Source: Octopus sinensis | Lineage: Eukaryota | Reading direction: 5' to 3' | Length of the DNA: 64,000 nt | NCBI RefSeq assembly: GCF_006345805.1 | Contig: NC_043017.1 | Coordinates: 31,248,001-31,312,000 of the forward strand | The notes under the pieces: model-generated | Databases searched by the model: none | Told to the model about the DNA's origin: nothing | Seen by the model: the letters and a program-made list of their open reading frames with translations, nothing else | Shown: positions 22,578 through 35,747 of the stretch, piece after piece | Position numbering within the stretch: the stretch's first letter is position 1 | Layout: each line of letters begins with the position of its first letter | Program-made: the position numbers and the translations under genes

Positions 22578-23376
22578 TAATCTATATTTTTGTTATTTTT
22601 CATTTGTCCTGCTTGCTTACGTTCTTAGTGTGCTAAATTTTTCTTGAGAACAATTCTTCGTGGTTCAGACCCTCGCAGATCTATATCTAGCGTAAGAGCG
22701 TCCACATAGTGGATTCTCTCTCATATTTGTATATATGCACACGTATATATTCATACATATGCATATATATATTATACACACACACACATACAAGCATACA
22801 TGTAGCTATATATATATATAATATATATATATAGCTACATGTATGCTTGTATACATAAATATCTATGTGCGTGAGCGTGTACGCACGTGCATGTATATCA
22901 CATTTTACTATATTTCTGTGATATCGTTTATATTTAACATCCTTCACGGGGATTGTAGGTTCACGACCATCGCGATACACGTTTCTCTGATATCAATACA
23001 AGAACGTATTACATCGGATTGAGTTCTGTTGAGACCTTGCGTAGTTGTACGGTAACAGAATAACGTTTATAGATAAACGATATCTTCAATTTGGTTCCAT
23101 ATATGAGATTGCTTACTTCTTGACGTAAATATAAAAATAATAGATAAAACTCTCGAGGTAGAAAGAGATAACAACTGCGCAGAGAACATAGTTTTCAAAT
23201 ATGTTTTCTCGAAGATTGTATCTTCAATGCTACCATTATGGACTTTATACCATGAAAAATATCAAAAGAATAAAGAAAATACAATTCGAAAGGAAATTAT
23301 GTATTTCATAGCTCTCTATTAACTTCCAACTATCTTATAATATTTCTGTGCGTTTATGTGCATGTACATGCGTATG

Positions 23377-23419
<43 letters not shown>

Positions 23420-23491
23420 TCGTGTGTGTGTGTGTGTTCGTGTGGTGTGTGTGTGTGTGTATGTAGGTATGTATATTTATAAGTATGTATG

Positions 23492-23533
<42 letters not shown>

Positions 23534-23870
23534 ATATACATATATATATATACATATATACACACACATACATGTACATATATATATGTATATATACTAA
23601 TAAAAGGGTCAGCAAAGATTTGCTTCACCACACACCGAAGTTTAGAAATAGCAGCCAAAAATCTTAGCTATTTCTTCTACTTTAAAAAGGGTCTCCCAGA
23701 GAAGCCAAAATACTTGAAGTTTACTCACACAGGCAAGAGATTAAAGCAATGAAAATCAATCAATATCTGGTCGTGTACATACATATATTGTGTGCATGTT
23801 TATGTGAATACGTATATATATATAGATATATTTATACCCACGCATATATACAATGCATTTATATATATAT

Positions 23871-23953
<83 letters not shown>

Positions 23954-24404
23954 TATACATATAACTGAAGCACGTGGCCTGGTGGTTAGGAAGTTGTATT
24001 CATGATTCATGATCGTAAGATCGTGTGTTCGATTCCGGGCCGGGTGTTACGTTATTCTTTCACAAAACACTTCATCTCAGGTTAATCTGTGATTTCTTCG
24101 ATATTTGAAATACATACATACATACATATATATATATATATACATATATATATACGTATATATACGCGTGTGCATCTGGGTGTGTGCGCGCGCCTGTGCT
24201 TATATATTGGATGCTGTATATAGTAACATGCTGAAATGGTTAACTGCTCTAGTTGTCCTCTCCGTTAAAACGTATCAGTGGCATTGCTGTCTCAGACACA
24301 CCTTGCTGACAAAAGTAACCGAAAGTAAGAAATAAAAAAAAGCGTTTTCCAGAATACGAAAAGCCGGATAATAAAAGAACAGATAGTAGGAAGCATTTTC
24401 TTAT

Positions 24405-24558
24405 TTATTTATTGCCCACAAGGGGCTAAACATGGAGGGGACAAACAAGGACAGACAAACGGACAAAGTCGATTACATCGACCGCAGAGCGTAACTGGTA
24501 CTTAATTAATCGACCCCGAAAGTGGGAAAGGCAAAGTCGACCTCGGCAGAATTTGAAA
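24405..24558 (-). mobile_element. 5'-truncated SINE-A
   Basis: Tail and body only, reverse complement. Confidence 0.8.
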
Positions 24559-25121
24559 GGTATTAAGTCTAATACAACGACCCCATAAATGAAGGATCTA
24601 TTAAAAAATGTTTCTGATACATGAAATAATTTCTTCATGGACATGTTTTAGCACACTTTTTGTCATAACACTACATTTTCAGTGTTCACTTAGAGCTGAT
24701 AAACAATAGCAAAAACAGCATGTGCATAAATGTGTAATTACGAGCACACGCATATGTGTGTGTGAGAGTGTGTGTGTGTGCATTTTCAAACCATATTTCT
24801 CTATTTCTTCCTTTTTTATCTTTCTTCGGATAAATGTCTTGTATCCGAAACGTCAAGCCACTATCCCTTGTTTTCAAGCGTTAGACAAATATATTTATTA
24901 AAACTTGTGCCTCCCATTATGTCTTCCGCTTGTGTCCATTGTCTCCAAATATATATAAATATATATGTATTTATTTCAATATTTCTGAGGCGAAGGGCTG
25001 CAGTAAATAATTCACTGCGGTCGGTGCTTTGTACATAATTCACTGCGGTCGGTTAAATATTGAAATATTGAATTAAATACTCATATAAATATATATGTAT
25101 ATACATATATTAAATTAGAGT

Positions 25122-25281
25122 AACTTAAGCCAATACATAAGATTAATTAATTTATATTATTTTAAATATATATCAAAATTATTAAAAAAAGATAATTAGT
25201 ATACTAATTATCTCTTTTTAATAATTTTGATATATATTTAAAATAATATTAATTAATTAATCTTATGTATTGGCTTAAGTT
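25122..25281. repeat. AT-rich ~160-bp palindrome
   Basis: Centre TAGTATACTA at ~25200. Arms AACTTAAGCCAATACATAAG / CTTATGTATTGGCTTAAGTT. Confidence 0.9.
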
Positions 25282-25411
25282 TTTCATTGTATGATTTGCC
25301 TAATAGTGGTTTTATCTCTAATTTAGTATAATATAATGTTTTACTATAAATTGGATTTAATCCTAAATACGATTTTTCCCTGTAAGTTTGGATTTATTCC
25401 CTAATATTTTA

Positions 25412-25464
<53 letters not shown>

Positions 25465-25729
25465 TAAAAGCGGTAATATAACAAAAGAAAGAAAGAGACC
25501 TCAATATTATGTAAATAGAGGAAATTATCCGTAAAATATGTGACAATTATTCAATAGCCAAGATAAATCTCTGAGTTCGGATGCCGAGGTGGAAATCCAC
25601 AACACCATCTCTTCGGTTATCTGACCCAAGAGATGGTGTTGTGGATTTCCACCTCGGGATCCGAAAATTGGATATATATATATAATATATAAATACATAC
25701 ATACATACCTACATACATACATACATAGA

Positions 25730-25761
<32 letters not shown>

Positions 25762-26268
25762 CATATCTATTTATCTATATGTAAGCATGTACATATATAC
25801 AGGCCATAGATTTAAAAGTATAACTTATTTCTAGTTATTACCTTCCCTTGAATTCAACCTCTCTAATATAATTAGTCTTAGAGAATTTTTCAGACTATTT
25901 TATTTTATTTATGTTAATTCCCATAATACTTAGCGCACGACAGAGAGACCAGCCATTTATACAAGAATGAGAAGGAATAAACAATATGCCCATTAGTATT
26001 CTTCCTTTGTTAGTATATTAACAAGATTTTTACTAATTTTATTCAATAAATTTATAACGCATATAGTGGTTTTTACTAAATAATCTATTTAAATACTATT
26101 AACTTACGTTTGACATAAAAAATGGCAATTTATACTTGTATAGATAAGGGTACATATTACCCTAAATTATTAATTCCTGTAATGATTATATAGATAGATT
26201 GTAGGATTTTATAAGTTTATAATATAGTCGTTGAGTGTTTTCTTAGATTTAGCATTTTCTATATATAT

Positions 26269-26574
26269 ATTCAACAATAATTGAGGAACGACCACAATAG
26301 ACCGTTCGACCCACTAGAAAGAGCAGCTAGGGCTCCAACCGCAAATAGTAGTAATTCCGAAATTTAAGGAAAAATTAAAAAACATTTACCCTGTATCTTT
26401 AGACAATGCATTGTTTCGGCGTTTTTTTAAGATACATTGTCTAAAGATACAGGGTAAATGTTTTTTAATTTTTCCTTAAATTTCAGAATTACTACTATTT
26501 GCGGTTGGAGACCTGGCTGCTCTTTCTAGTGGGTCGAACGGCCTATTGTGGTCGTTCCTCAATTATTGTTGAAT
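26269..26574. repeat. Inverted repeat (~140-bp arms, short spacer)
   Basis: ATTCAACAATAATTGAGGAACGACC... / ...GGTCGTTCCTCAATTATTGTTGAAT. Confidence 0.92.
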
Positions 26575-27048
26575 TTATTTGTCTCTATTTCCTCTTTCTC
26601 ACTAGACCGTGGTGGCAAAATAATTTCTATTGAATTTTTTGCTACCCTAAATTGATTAATTGATGGTATATATATATATTATATATATATATATATATAT
26701 CAGTATTGTAATTTTAGGTGTTTATTTTTTAATCTTTTTAAAGTTGTTTAGTTTTTAATTTCTTAAAAATTTGTATAAATTTTTAAATGCTTTTTCAAGT
26801 TGTTCAATTTTAAATTTTAAAAAAAGTTAAATTGTGATGTATATATTTTTATTATATTTTTTTTATATTGTATTCATATTCTTATTTTTCTATTTAATTT
26901 GACTTACAATTTGCACTTTTAACTTTGATCCGTTAATAATAATAACAATACGATAAATAGCCTGAGGGTGCACTGGTGGATTTATTATGTATTAGGTAAA
27001 GCCTTATAAACTGTATATAAAGATGTATATATATATTGTATATATATA

Positions 27049-27079
<31 letters not shown>

Positions 27080-27326
27080 ATATATATATCCGCGTATATA
27101 TACTCATACATGTATACATATGTTTGTGTTTATGCATGTGTGTGTGTGTACTTTTAAACCATATTTCTCTTATATTCAATTTCTCTTCTTTTGATCTTTC
27201 TTGGGATAAATGACTTGCATCCGAAGCATCAAAACTTTATCCCTTGTTTTCAAGCGTTAGGTTAATATATTTATTAAAACTTGTGCCTCCCATTCTGTCT
27301 TCTTTTCCTGCTCATTGTCTCCAATA

Positions 27327-27851
27327 CTGGGTTATTCAAAGCGAATGAACCGATTTCATTTCGCAATATCTTGATAAGGAAAAGCAATAGAGAACTCCAG
27401 GTAAGTCAAAAGTCTTACAAGTGTTCAATGTGGCCACCACCTGCATCACGGGCAATATCAATGCGATAAGAGAATTCCTCCCAGACGGGTATCTGCCTGG
27501 CCTGCGAGATCCTCAGCCCTCACCCCGTGTGATTTTTTTCTTCTTGTGGGAATATGTAAAAGATCGCGATTATTTTCTACCGCTACCCATTAACCTCGAT
27601 GACCTTAAGCATCGAATAGCAACAGCGATCAACTCATTAGATCGTGATATGCTGATTACGCGTCTGAGAGGAATTCTTTTCTCGCGTTGATGTTGCCTAT
27701 GCTGCAGGTGGTAGCCAAATTGAACACTTGTAAGATAGGAAATAAAAGTTGATTGTGAGTAAATGCCTGTGTCTTGATTGGAGTTTTATATTGCTTTTCC
27801 TTATTTAAAATATTGCGTAAGGAATCGGTCCATTCGATTTGAATAATCCTA
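27327..27851 (+). mobile_element. Internally deleted Tc1/mariner-superfamily element with ~130-bp TIRs
   Basis: TA-flanked. The TIRs include TCTTACAAGTGTTCAAT...CCACCTGCA / TGCAGGTGG...TTGAACACTTGTAAGA. The centre encodes a WPARS..LTP.DFFLWEYVKD...LDDLKHRI-like C-terminus. Confidence 0.8.
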
Positions 27852-27882
27852 TATAAATATATATATATGCATATCTATCTAT

Positions 27883-27919
<37 letters not shown>

Positions 27920-27930
27920 TATCTATCTAT

Positions 27931-27969
<39 letters not shown>

Positions 27970-28380
27970 TAAGAAAGTTTGTTTGGTAAAGCACGTGGGT
28001 GAATATATAAGAAAATAGTAAAGTGTGAAAAAACGACAGAAGGCTTAAATCTTAAAAAATATATATTTGTGTGTCAATGTCTGGAGAATATTGGAAAAAT
28101 TTTTTTCCTTTCCTTAAAATGACATAATTTAAAATTTTTAAAGAAATTACCGGTTTCGCGTGTAGCTTTCAAATTTCTTGTGACGTTATGTTATATTGCA
28201 TGGAGTTATCGTTGTATTTATTTTCAGGAGATTTCTAAATAAGGGGAGGTAGTGAGTGATTTCTTCCGGTGTAAGGGAGATAATTTGAATTATAACGTCG
28301 GATGTAATCAATTGAACCACACGCGTATTTATCGTTATGGTAAAATCTGGCGTGTGATTGAGTGGATTTCATCCAGATAG

Positions 28381-28462
28381 TTTTGGCTGAGGAGCTACAA
28401 GTGGATTTTTTTGTAAGTAAAATTACATTTAATTCATTAATAGCGAAACAATTGTCCCAAAA
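28381..28462 (+). ncRNA. Type I hammerhead ribozyme motif (canonical core)
   Basis: TTTTGG-CTGAGGA-GCTA...TAGC-GAAA-CAATTG-TC/CCAAAA: 6-bp stem I, CUGANGA, 4-bp stem II, palindromic minimal stem III and a GUC site. Confidence 0.85.
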
Positions 28463-29185
28463 TAATCTGTATTTTTGTTATTTTTTATTTGCCCTGTCCG
28501 TGTGAGCTAACAATCGTACTGACTTTCATGGGAAACATGTATTTTTGTGGTTGAAACCTTTTGGATTAACTGGTGCTAGAGTGAGCCATATAGTGACCAC
28601 TCTCTTATATTTATTTTACAACATATATTATACATTTTTTCTATTCATTCAATTCATTCAACGAAAATTAAAAAAATCGAATTCGCCACCCTCTTTTCCC
28701 CGTTCGCGTTTGTGTAAAAAAAAATTATCATTTAAGTTTTAAAAATTATTTACTTTGTTCAAAAATATTAATATTAATTAATTTTCAAGAATTATTTAAT
28801 TTATATAATTAATTCATTAATTTTATTCTGTAAATAGTAATTAATTCATTTATCTGTAATCCGCGAGGTTGTTACTAGGCACACCTAGAAATAGCAGCCA
28901 GATTTTTATATTCTAAATAATTTGCAATTTCAAAAAATATATTAATTTTGCGTATTTAATTTGATAAATTCTACGGAATAATTTTGCGCGTTATATACGT
29001 TCGCGTTTCTGTAAAAAAAAGTAATTATTTAAGGGCGATCGAGTATCGAGTACCTACGTCTGGCTCGCGCGCACGCGCGAATCCGCGTGTGCGCAACCGG
29101 GAACCTCTGCGATACAAGTACCCATATATACATCCATACATACATGTGTGTGGTGTCATGTATGTGTATTAATGTGTGTGTGTTA

Positions 29186-29538
29186 TCTCTATAAAGCTAA
29201 AGTTGTCTGTGTGCGCCACGTTTGGTAACCTTCAACTAACACTATATCCTCCGAGACCCTGCGGCGCAAGTTGACCAAAATTGAGAGTATGATAGAAGGG
29301 TTGTCTCTTCCTTCCGTAGAACATAAAATTCAAATCGGACCATGTTAACACCAAAAATTATTTACATCAAAAAGCTGCTTTTTCTATGAAAATCCCTATT
29401 TTTACGATTTTTTCACCTGCTGTGTCGCCACTTTTCGGTGTATTTCGATCAGAAAAATGTTCACAAAAATTTTTACTTTTCAAAATTACAATTCCAGTGG
29501 TTCGAAACAAACCCGAGCAACGCGGGCGATACTGCTTG
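29186..29538 (+). mobile_element. Non-autonomous Helitron
   Basis: 5' TC(TCTATAAAG) and 3' ACAAACCCGAGCAACGCGGGCGATACTGCTTG. The body matches 50271-50590 in reverse complement. Confidence 0.78.
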
Positions 29539-29555
29539 TATATAATATATATATA

Positions 29556-29719
29556 GGTGCAGGAGTGGATGTGTGGTACGTAGCTTGCTACCCAGCCACA
29601 TGTTTCCGGGTTCAGTCCCACTGCGTGGCATCTTGGGCAGTGTCTTCTGCTATAGCCCCGGGCCGACCAATGCCTTTGAGTGGATTTGGTAGACGGAAAC
29701 TGAAAGAAGCTTGTCGTAT

Positions 29720-29776
<57 letters not shown>

Positions 29777-29991
29777 ATGTGTTTGTGCGTCTGTGTTTGT
29801 CTCCCTAGCATTGCTTGACAACCGATGGTGGTGTGTTTACGTCCCCGTCACTTAACGGTTTGTAAAAGTGACCGATAGAATAGGTACTGGGCTTACAAAG
29901 AATAAGTCCCGGGGTCGATATGCTCGACTACAGGCGGTGCTGCAGCATGGCCGCAGTGAATGACTAAAACAAGTAAAAGAGTAAAAGAGTA
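29556..29991 (+). mobile_element. SINE-B (tRNA-like head, internal TA/TG tract, (GAGTAAAA)n tail)
   Basis: A-box-like TGGCTGTGTGG and B-box-like GGTTCAGTCCC. At least 13 near-complete copies in the window. Confidence 0.88.
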
Positions 29992-30465
29992 TATATATAT
30001 ATATATGTACATATATATATATAGCCGTGTATATGTAGTTATGTGTGTGTCTATGTGTTTGAATTCAGAATGTAGGTATGTGGGTATGTATATAGATATA
30101 CATTTATGTATAAGAGCGTATATTCACAACTGAGAACTATTGAAGATTTATTGGTGCAGGATCTGTGTGCCTTCCTGCTGATAAATGTCTTTTGTGTATA
30201 TGTTTATCTTTTCTCAGCTTTAATACCATAGTCTGCTATGTGACAAATCTCGCACCATTAAAATTGCTTTGCAGGCAGCAGAAACAGACACAAATAAATT
30301 GAGCATTTCATGATCATGGCACCGCTAATAATAGCAAGTAGCAAGAGGAAAATAAAATATAAAATATACACACACAAGAGAAAGTCTATAGGAACAATGA
30401 ATAGAAGTGAAGTAAACAAAACCTAGCGAGTAACAATGGATAGCATTTACGGTTTATTTTGTGTA

Positions 30466-30885
30466 TACTCTTTACTCTTTTACTTGTTTCAGTCATTTTG
30501 ACTGCGGCCATGCTGGAGCACCGCCTTTAGTCGAGCAAATCGACCCCGGGACTTATTCTTTTGTAAGCCCAGTACTTATTCTATCGGTCTCTTTTGCCGA
30601 ACCGCTAAGTAACGGGGACGTAAACACACCAGCATCGGTTGTCAAGCAATGCTAGGGGGACAAACACAGACACACAAACACACACACACACACATATACA
30701 TATATATATATATACATATATACGACAGGCATCTTTCAGTTTACGTCTACCAAATCCACTCACAAGGCATTGGTCGGCCCGGGGCTATAGCAGAAGACAC
30801 TTACCCAAGATGCCACGCAGTGGGACTGAACCCGGAACCATGTGGTTGGTTAGCAAGCTACTTACCACACAGCCACTGCTGCGCC
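30466..30885 (-). mobile_element. SINE-B
   Basis: Complete reverse-complement copy. Confidence 0.9.
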
Positions 30886-31309
30886 TATGCGTATGCTACA
30901 ATATAAAAAAAATCCCATACACACAGACACACATATACACACAAGCTTGTATATAGTTGATAGGTGCATACATGAACAGTGAAATTTTAGTTCGTGTAAA
31001 GGAGATCCTTTGACCCTTTCACGTTCAAACAAGTTCTATCCAGCCCAAATATTCTATGTTTTATTTTTTTTACCCTTTTACTTGTTTCAGTCATTAGACT
31101 GCGGCCATACTGGATCACCGCCTTGAAGAATTTTTAGTCGTATGATTCGATCCCCATTCTTCATTTTTAAGCCTTTTTCTATCGTTCCCTTTTGACGAAA
31201 CTCTAGATTACGGGTATGTAAAACACACTAGCAACGGTTGTCAAGTTGTGGAAGCGAGACAAACAGACAGAAAAACACACACACATAGATATACATATGT
31301 AAGTGTATT

Positions 31310-31340
<31 letters not shown>

Positions 31341-31619
31341 TATATATACATACATATGTAAGTGTGTATATATATATATATATAATATATACTAAGCAAT
31401 AAGGGTTTAGCAACGAGTTGCCTTACCACATACCGAATTTAGAAATAGCAGTCAAAGGGTTATAGCTATTTCTTCTACTAAAAAGGGAGATCTCAGTAAA
31501 AACAGCATTTGGAAGGCAGACACAAACAGGTAAGAGAGAATGAATTGACTGCAATCTATCATACATTTTTTATATATATATATATACATACATATATACA
31601 TACATATATATATTGTATT

Positions 31620-32035
31620 GCATTGGCATCCTTTCTGTCTCGGGAGACAATGGAGTTGCGCATGAAGTAGTCTACTCCGGCTTTTATATTTCATGTCCTG
31701 ATACATTTCCTGCTGTGGCTGTGTAGTCCTATCCTGGACAAACACTCCCTCTGGCAGGTACCGCAAATGTAGCGAAGACTGTTCCTGGCTGGTTGTAATG
31801 CCATAGTCTCTTGTTGACGTCTCTTCTTTTCTTTCCATTTCTCCTCTCTCTCTCTGTCACTCCTTTGTATTCCCTCTTTTACGGTACGTCGCCATTCCCC
31901 ACGGTTGCCGGCAACTGCCTCCCAACCGCTAATATTGATGTTGCAGGCCTTCATGTCCCTTTTGCAAACATCCTTGTAACGTAAGATCGGTCTACCCACA
32001 GACCTAGTACCCCTAGCAAGCTCTCCGTAGAGTAT
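31620..32035 (-). mobile_element. 5'-truncated RTE-clade LINE (ORF C-terminus + 3' UTR)
   Basis: LYGEL...GRPILRYKDVCKRDMK...W...R..WR...CGTCQRECLSRIGLHSH. Confidence 0.85.
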
Positions 32036-32611
32036 ATATATATATGTAAATATATATACTACGGGTTCCTACAGTTTTCGTCTACTAAATCTACTAGCAA
32101 GGGTTTGTGGGCGGGAGGCAATATGCCACGCAGTGAAACCGAACCCGCAACCATGTGGTTGCAAAGCAAACTTCTTACCACGTAACTATGTCTGCACCTA
32201 CTAGTTTTATAATCAAACAGGTTAGAGCGAGCCCCTCAAACGCGCCCTATCATATCGTTCTAAACATAAACGATAACATTATTGAAATCTCGAAGCTATG
32301 AGGTGATTCTTTATTAATTTAAAACAATAAACAAGCATTGTTCATAGATGAGGATCTTTGTTTTTGGTTGGAGGACATGTACAATGTTTACTTCACATTT
32401 GTGTGGAGACCAATTTTGCTTGCTGATGATTTTATAAAAAAAACATTTTCGTTTCATGCAACATTACTAGTGAAAATGAATAGACAAAATTTGTGCTGCT
32501 ACACTACACACGTTCTTGTTTGGTAGCCTTAGTCTTCGCCTGCCTTGAAAAACCTCAACTGTCTCGAGTGCCGTAAGCAGAATCTACTCTGCTCTGACCT
32601 CTTAAACTATG

Positions 32612-32992
32612 GTGGAGGCGCAATGGCCCAGTGGTTAGGGTAGCGGACTCGCGGTCGTGGGATCGCGGTTTCGATTCCCAGACCGGGCATTGTGAGTGTT
32701 TATTGAGCGAAAACACCTAAAGCTTCACAAGGCTCCTGCAGGGGGTGGTGGTGAACCCTGCTGTACTGTTTCACCACAACTTAATCTCACTCTTTCTTCC
32801 TGTTTCTGTTGTACCTGTATTTCAAAGGGCCAGCCTTATCACACTCTGTGTCACGCTGAATCTCCTCGAGAACTACGTTAAGGGTGAACGTGTCTGTGGA
32901 ATGTTCAGCCACTTGCACGTTAATTCCCCGAGCAAGCTGTTCCATTGATCGTATCAGCTGGGACCCTCATCGTCGTAACCGACAGAGTGCTC
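32612..32992 (+). mobile_element. SINE-C
   Basis: Complete copy with a TAAACTATG flanking duplication. Confidence 0.9.
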
Positions 32993-33696
32993 CCCTAAAC
33001 TATGACTTAAATTTGAATGATAACACCTTGTTATTTTATGCTCTATCCTAGTGAAGAAGCCATATGCCACATTTCCGTAACTGGCTTCATCATTCAACAG
33101 AAACGACGTTAATTAAAAGGCTTGTATGTTTGCCAATAAGTACATCACAAATATTTGACAATGCACAATCGATCAAATACTTTCGTTTTGAATTTGGAAA
33201 GAAATAACAGATCCTATTTTGTTTTTGTATTGAAGTGAATAAGTTCAAGTGATTCAAGCCAAAGTGATACTGCGATGCGTAAAGATAAGCTCCGATCTTT
33301 TATTCAAAGTCATTTATCAACTTGTGTTTTGCGTATTTAATTCACTGTTTTAGCAAATGTTGACAACAGATTGATAAGGTTATCATTTCTGTCTCTTTAT
33401 TGTAAAATAATTTTGTTGTAACAATTTGGGATTATTTATTTATCTTTTTTTATATATATAAGCGGAATTTATCTAGCGAGAGAAGTTGCTTTAAATTCTT
33501 TAAGGCTTAATCAGCGGAGGAAACGTATTTTAGGCCCTCTGAAACTAGTGGGATAACCCTTTCTACAATAGGCACAAGCCCTGAAGCTTTAGGGGAAAGT
33601 CTAGTTGATAACATTAACCCAATTATTTGATAGGTATTTTTACTGAATCCGAATGAATAAAATTTGAACTCACAATCTAAAGACAGAGAAAATATC

Positions 33697-33928
33697 TATT
33701 TCTTTATTACCCACAAGGGGCTAAACACAGAGAGGACAAACAAGGACAGACATAGGTATTAAGTCGATTACATCGACCCCAGTGCGTAACTGGTATTTAA
33801 TTTATCGACCCCGAAAGGATGAAAGGCAAAGTCGACCTCGGCGGAATTTGAACTCACAACGTAACACAGACGAAATAGCGCTAAGCATTTCGCCCGGCGT
33901 GCTAACGTTTCTGCCAGCTCGCCGCCTT
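33697..33928 (-). mobile_element. Full-length young SINE-A nested in an old SINE-A-related copy at the conserved target site
   Basis: TSD ACAGAG(A/G)AAATATC at 33683-33696 and 33929-33942. The old head is at 33943-33990 and the old body at ~33560-33682. Confidence 0.9.
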
Positions 33929-34441
33929 ACAGAGGAAATATCGCGAAGCATTTGGTCCGGCGTGCTAACCATTCTGCAAGTTGGCTACCTTTGATAAGTG
34001 GAATATTGATTTCAAATTTTAGCAGAAGGTCAGCAATTTCGGTGATGGGGAGGAGCTAAGTGGCTTAAATCGACCCCACAGCTCGATGACGATTTTATTA
34101 ATCTGTTGTCTGAATTTCCTAAAACATAAGTTCATAAAGGACTTTGAATAAAACATCGGAGCTTATCTTAACGCATGGCAGTACCATCTTATCGACCCTG
34201 AAAGGGATGAAAGGTAAAACCGATATCAGCGTAATTTGAACTCAGACGAAATGCTGCTAAGCATTTTATCGGGCGTGCTAACGATTCGGCCAGTTCGACG
34301 AGTAGTAGGATAATAGCAAGAAGTTATTCTTTACAGCAAGGCCTGGCGTGAATACTTCTAAACAACAATGACCTTCTATAGATAGACAGGAGCCAAGCGA
34401 CAATGTTAAGATGTAGTTACATTTAACCCCCCAAAAGGAAA

Positions 34442-34865
34442 TACTCTTTTACTCTTTTACTTGTTTCAGTCATTTAACTGCGGCCATGCTGGAGCACCGC
34501 CTTTAGTCGAGTAACTCGACCCCAGGACTTATTCTTTGTAAGCCCAGTACTTATTCTATTGGTCTCTTTTGCGGGACCGCTAGGTGACGGGGACGTAAAC
34601 ACAACAGCATCGGTTGTCAAGCAATGCTAGGGGGACAAACACAGACACACAAACAAACACACACACACACGCACACACACATATACATATTTATACATAT
34701 ATACGATGGGATTCTTTCAGTTTCCATCTACCAAATCCACTCACAAGGCTTTGGTCGGTCTGGGGCTTTAGCAGAAGACACTTGTCCAAGGTGCCACGCA
34801 GTGGGACTGAACCCGGAACCATGTGGTTGGTAAACAAGCTACTTACCACACAGCCACTCCTGCGC
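34442..34865 (-). mobile_element. SINE-B
   Basis: Complete reverse-complement copy. Confidence 0.9.
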
Positions 34866-35026
34866 ATATAATAAATATGACTGAAAATGTGGAAGGGCAG
34901 TTATGCATATCTGTCTGAGTGCACACATGTTGCTGCTATTCAGCTTTTAATCAATCTAAGTGAGAAGAAAGATTATTAAATTCATTCCAATCGTAACCGT
35001 TATCATTTATTTCAGATATATTCTAT

Positions 35027-35422
35027 GGCGCAGGAGTGGCTGTGTGGTAAGTAGCTTGCTAACCAACAACATGGTTCCGGGTTTCAGTCCCACTGCGTGG
35101 CATCTTGGGCAAGTGTCTTCTGCTATAGCCCCGGGCCGACCAATCAATGCCTTGTGAGTGGATTTGGTAGACGGAAACTGAAAGAAGCCTGTCGTATATA
35201 TGTATATATATGTGTGTGTTTGTGTGTCTGTGTTTGTCCCCCTAGCATTGCTTGACAACTGATGCTGGTGTGTTTACGTCCCCATCACTTAGCGGTTCGG
35301 CAAAAGAGACTGATAGAATAAGTACTGGGCTTACAAAGAATAAGTCCCGGGGTCGATTTGCTCGACTAAAGGCGGTGCTCCAGCATGGGCGCAGTCAAAT
35401 GACTGAAACAAGTAAAAGAGTA
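35027..35422 (+). mobile_element. SINE-B
   Basis: Complete copy, head-to-head with 34442-34865. Confidence 0.9.
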
Positions 35423-35479
35423 AGCCCGTCGTATATATGTATATATATGACTTTACACATCACATCATATATGATGTGC

Positions 35480-35747
35480 CATACTAATACATACACCAAC
35501 TAATACATACTAATACGTACTAATACATACTAATACATACTAATACATACACCAACCCTATACATACGCCTGTCCAGACCTATCCTAGGGTCATTCCTAG
35601 GGTCCAGACCCCTCATACGCACTTATACTCTCTCATACACACACACACACACTTATACATACTAATACGTACTAATACATACTAATACATACTAATACAT
35701 ACACCAGCCCCATACATACGCCTGTCCAGACCTATCCTAGGGTCATT
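35480..35747. repeat. Local tandem duplication with (TAATACATAC)n
   Basis: The block ...ACGCCTGTCCAGACCTATCCTAGGGTCATTC is present twice (~35566-35597 and ~35718-35748). Confidence 0.85.

Noticed and set aside
30639-30956. Recurrent ORFs MSSNARG.../MLGGQT.../MRNWYLIY.../MFIERKH... as a gene family
   Set aside because: They are incidental frames within SINE-A/B/C copies, often opening at non-ATG codons.
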